NCBI GenBank assembly: GCA_965226475.1
Contig: CBDDDJ010000002.1
Location: 862,697-926,696, forward strand
Reading direction: 5' to 3'
Length of the DNA stretch: 64,000 nt
DNA from: Alphaproteobacteria bacterium
GTDB lineage: Bacteria > Pseudomonadota > Alphaproteobacteria > GCA-2731375
Both the position numbers and the translations under genes were made by a program. Below the pieces are notes generated by a model, which was not told the origin of the DNA, searched no databases, and saw only the letters and a list, made by a program, of their open reading frames with translations. Below are positions 61,853 to 64,000 of this stretch, in pieces (the stretch's first letter is position 1; each line of letters opens with the position of its first letter).

Positions 61853-63511
61853 CTAATTCAAAAGCCCGACGTGGCCCATGCCTGCATCGTCGAGCCGCGC
61901 CCGGTACTTCGCCAGCAGGGCTGGCCTCTCTTCCCCCAGCAGGTCCACGAGGATCCGGTGTTGCGCCGATTGCTGGACCGCCGCGCCCGTGAGCGCGCGC
62001 TGCAGTTGGGCGACGTTCGTCATCCCGCCCTCGGAAACGGGCCCGCCCAGGATGCCGGCCGCGATCAGCTCGCCCTCGTTATAACGGGTGAAGCCGGCGA
62101 ACCCGGAGCGGATGCGGTCGTAGGACGAGATCAGCGCGCCGTCGTCCCAGGCGTCGAACGTCCCCCCCGCCGTCACCGACCACATGTCGCCGTCCTCGTC
62201 GATCAGGAAACGGGCGACATTGGCCGCCCCCACGAGCGCCCGCACGGCGAACACGTTCCCGTCGGCCGTGATGTCGGCGTTGCCGTTCGCCCCGTCGTGC
62301 TCGGCGGCATAAACCTCGACGAGGGCGCGCGCCGACGTGGTCTTGTTGGTGTCCGCCGTCCCGCCGTGGGCGCGAAACGACAGAATATTGGGTGCCGCGC
62401 CATCCTCGGCGAGGGCCTGGAGAAACACGCCGCCTTGCGCCCCGCTCGCCTTGCCTATCGTCATAAAATCGTCGGTCTCGACATCGATCGCCGGCGACGT
62501 GGTCAGCCCCGTCGCGACGTCGCTCGATTTGAAGGCCAATATCTGATCGTCGGCCGCGCCCATATTTATGGTCAAGCCCGACGTCATGTTGGCGTTGGCG
62601 GTCTCGTTGACGAAAAGAACCGGCGCGGAACCAAGCGTGAAGCGGAAACGCTCCGCCCCGCTGTTTTCAATCGCGAGCCGAGGCGCGCCGCTGTTGTAAT
62701 TCCACGCCAGTGTGCCGAAGTCGCTGTCCGCCGGGCCGCCCGCGACCCAACGGTGCACGTTGGCGTCCGGCGCCAAGGTCGAGAACCCGACGTCGGCGGC
62801 GGCTTCGACCACCAGGTCCGAAGCGGACGCCAGCGCCGCCACCGCCCCGGCGGTGCATGTGTGAACATGCAGCGTGCCGTCGCCGCCGCCGGCCGTCAGC
62901 GCGCCGGACGGATCGATAACCATATTACCCGCCAGCATCCCGACGTTCCGCGAAGCGTCGATCCGCATGGCCTCGGCGGCGCCCGTGGAGAACCCGAGTT
63001 CGTTCGTGTCCGCGCGGAACATGCCCGTGTCTTTGTCCCCGGCGAACGTGATCGAGGGCGCCGCCGCCGAGCCGAAATCGAAACAGGCGGACGCGATTCC
63101 CATGCCGGCGTATGCGGAATAGACGTTGCCACTCGGGTCGATCGAAAGCTCTACCTTTGCGCCGGCGGGGATATCGACGACGGCCATGGAGGGCGACCCG
63201 GCGTTCGCCTCGATCCCGATGGCGAAGCCGCCCGACGTATTGTTCCACACCAGCTTTTTCGTCTCGGCATTCGGGACTGTAATCACCGCCGCGCCCGTCA
63301 GCGTGCCGTCGATTTCGATCGTGCGCGCCCGATGCCACACCGAATCCCCGTCCGCGTCCAGGTCGGCCGTGAAGTCGTGATCGGCGCTGATCGTCTCTAT
63401 GTGATAGCCGTTCAGGCCTTCGTCCAGATCGTCGAACGCCGCGTTGATCGGGACCTCGGGGTTGCCGTTCAACTCGAAATGCGCAACGCCGGAATGGGGT
63501 GTGTCAACCAT
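61853..63511 (-). CDS. Phage tail-fibre-like protein
   Basis: N-terminus TPHSG...EVPINAAFDDLD; GSAAAPSITFAGDKDTGMFR..NELGFSTG...MRID motif common in fibres; G/A/T/D-rich beta body; helical C-terminus. Confidence 0.7.
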   Translation of the reverse strand: MVDTPHSGVAHFELNGNPEVPINAAFDDLDEGLNGYHIETISADHDFTADLDADGDSVWHRARTIEIDGTLTGAAVITVPNAETKKLVWNNTSGGFAIGIEANAGSPSMAVVDIPAGAKVELSIDPSGNVYSAYAGMGIASACFDFGSAAAPSITFAGDKDTGMFRADTNELGFSTGAAEAMRIDASRNVGMLAGNMVIDPSGALTAGGGDGTLHVHTCTAGAVAALASASDLVVEAAADVGFSTLAPDANVHRWVAGGPADSDFGTLAWNYNSGAPRLAIENSGAERFRFTLGSAPVLFVNETANANMTSGLTINMGAADDQILAFKSSDVATGLTTSPAIDVETDDFMTIGKASGAQGGVFLQALAEDGAAPNILSFRAHGGTADTNKTTSARALVEVYAAEHDGANGNADITADGNVFAVRALVGAANVARFLIDEDGDMWSVTAGGTFDAWDDGALISSYDRIRSGFAGFTRYNEGELIAAGILGGPVSEGGMTNVAQLQRALTGAAVQQSAQHRILVDLLGEERPALLAKYRARLDDAGMGHVGLLN

Positions 63512-63516
63512 GCTCT

Positions 63517-64000
63517 CTACCTGTGTAAGGCCGCGTCGATATCCAAAAGCTCGGCCAGGAGCGCGTGCAGATCGGCGAGACGCACCATGTTCGGTCCGTC
63601 CGACGGGGCGTTATCGGGATCGTCATGAACTTCCATGAAAAGGCCGGCTACCCCGACGGCCACGGCCGCGCGCGCAAGTACCGGCACGAGCTCCCGGCTA
63701 CCGCCGGTGGTGGCGCCGCCAGGCCGCTGTAGCGAGTGCGTCGCATCGAACACGACGGGGTCGAAGTCGGCCATGAGCACCAGCGAGCGCATGTCGACGA
63801 TCATGTCGCCGTAGCCGTGGGCCGTTCCCCGCTCGGTGAGAATGACATTCACGGCACCCGCCCACCGCGCCTTCTCGGCCGCGTGCGCCATGCTTTCGGG
63901 TGCCAGCCACTGGCCTTTCTTGATGTTCACCGTTCGGCCGCTCCTCGCGGCGGCGACGATCAAATCGGTCTGCCGGCACAGAAAGGCCGGGATCTGTAGG
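63517..64000 (-). CDS. kdsA: KDO-8-phosphate synthase homologue (5' part beyond the window)
   Basis: [41 protein letters not shown]. Confidence 0.92.
   Translation of the reverse strand, partial: LQIPAFLCRQTDLIVAAARSGRTVNIKKGQWLAPESMAHAAEKARWAGAVNVILTERGTAHGYGDMIVDMRSLVLMADFDPVVFDATHSLQRPGGATTGGSRELVPVLARAAVAVGVAGLFMEVHDDPDNAPSDGPNMVRLADLHALLAELLDIDAALHR

Overview
High-GC alphaproteobacterial chromosome segment with four zones. (1) 1-16.4 kb: conserved core cluster on the minus strand (tRNA-Tyr, tRNA-Gly, tuf, tRNA-Trp, secE, nusG, rplKAJL, rpoBC, rpsLG, 5' part of fusA), plus rlmB. (2) 16.5-46 kb: accessory catabolic and housekeeping genes (hydantoinase/oxoprolinase A/B, TPP enzyme, SDR, two LLM oxidoreductases, enolase-superfamily enzyme, amidohydrolase, M24 peptidase, MFS, PduO-etfBA, methylmalonyl-CoA mutase). 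Two genes are frameshifted and one is split by an IS. (3) 46-55.6 kb: an IS pile-up, then a compact head-only phage packaging module (TerL, HNH, major capsid, prohead protease with a second degenerate protease-like domain, two head-completion proteins, portal; no tail genes) abutting the 3' end of tRNA-Arg(TCT). It resembles a capsid-forming phage satellite whose integrase/replication arm is missing. (4) 56.3-64 kb: a secreted protein with 18 tail-fibre-like 10-aa repeats, then a minus-strand, prophage-like tail/lysis operon in which divergent KDO-biosynthesis genes (kdsA, kdsB) are interleaved with and tightly coupled to a tail-fibre-like gene. This is the most unusual arrangement in the window. 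Five IS copies were delimited by their inverted repeats, three of them with 8-bp target duplications. All product calls come from motif recognition only; no database searches were run.
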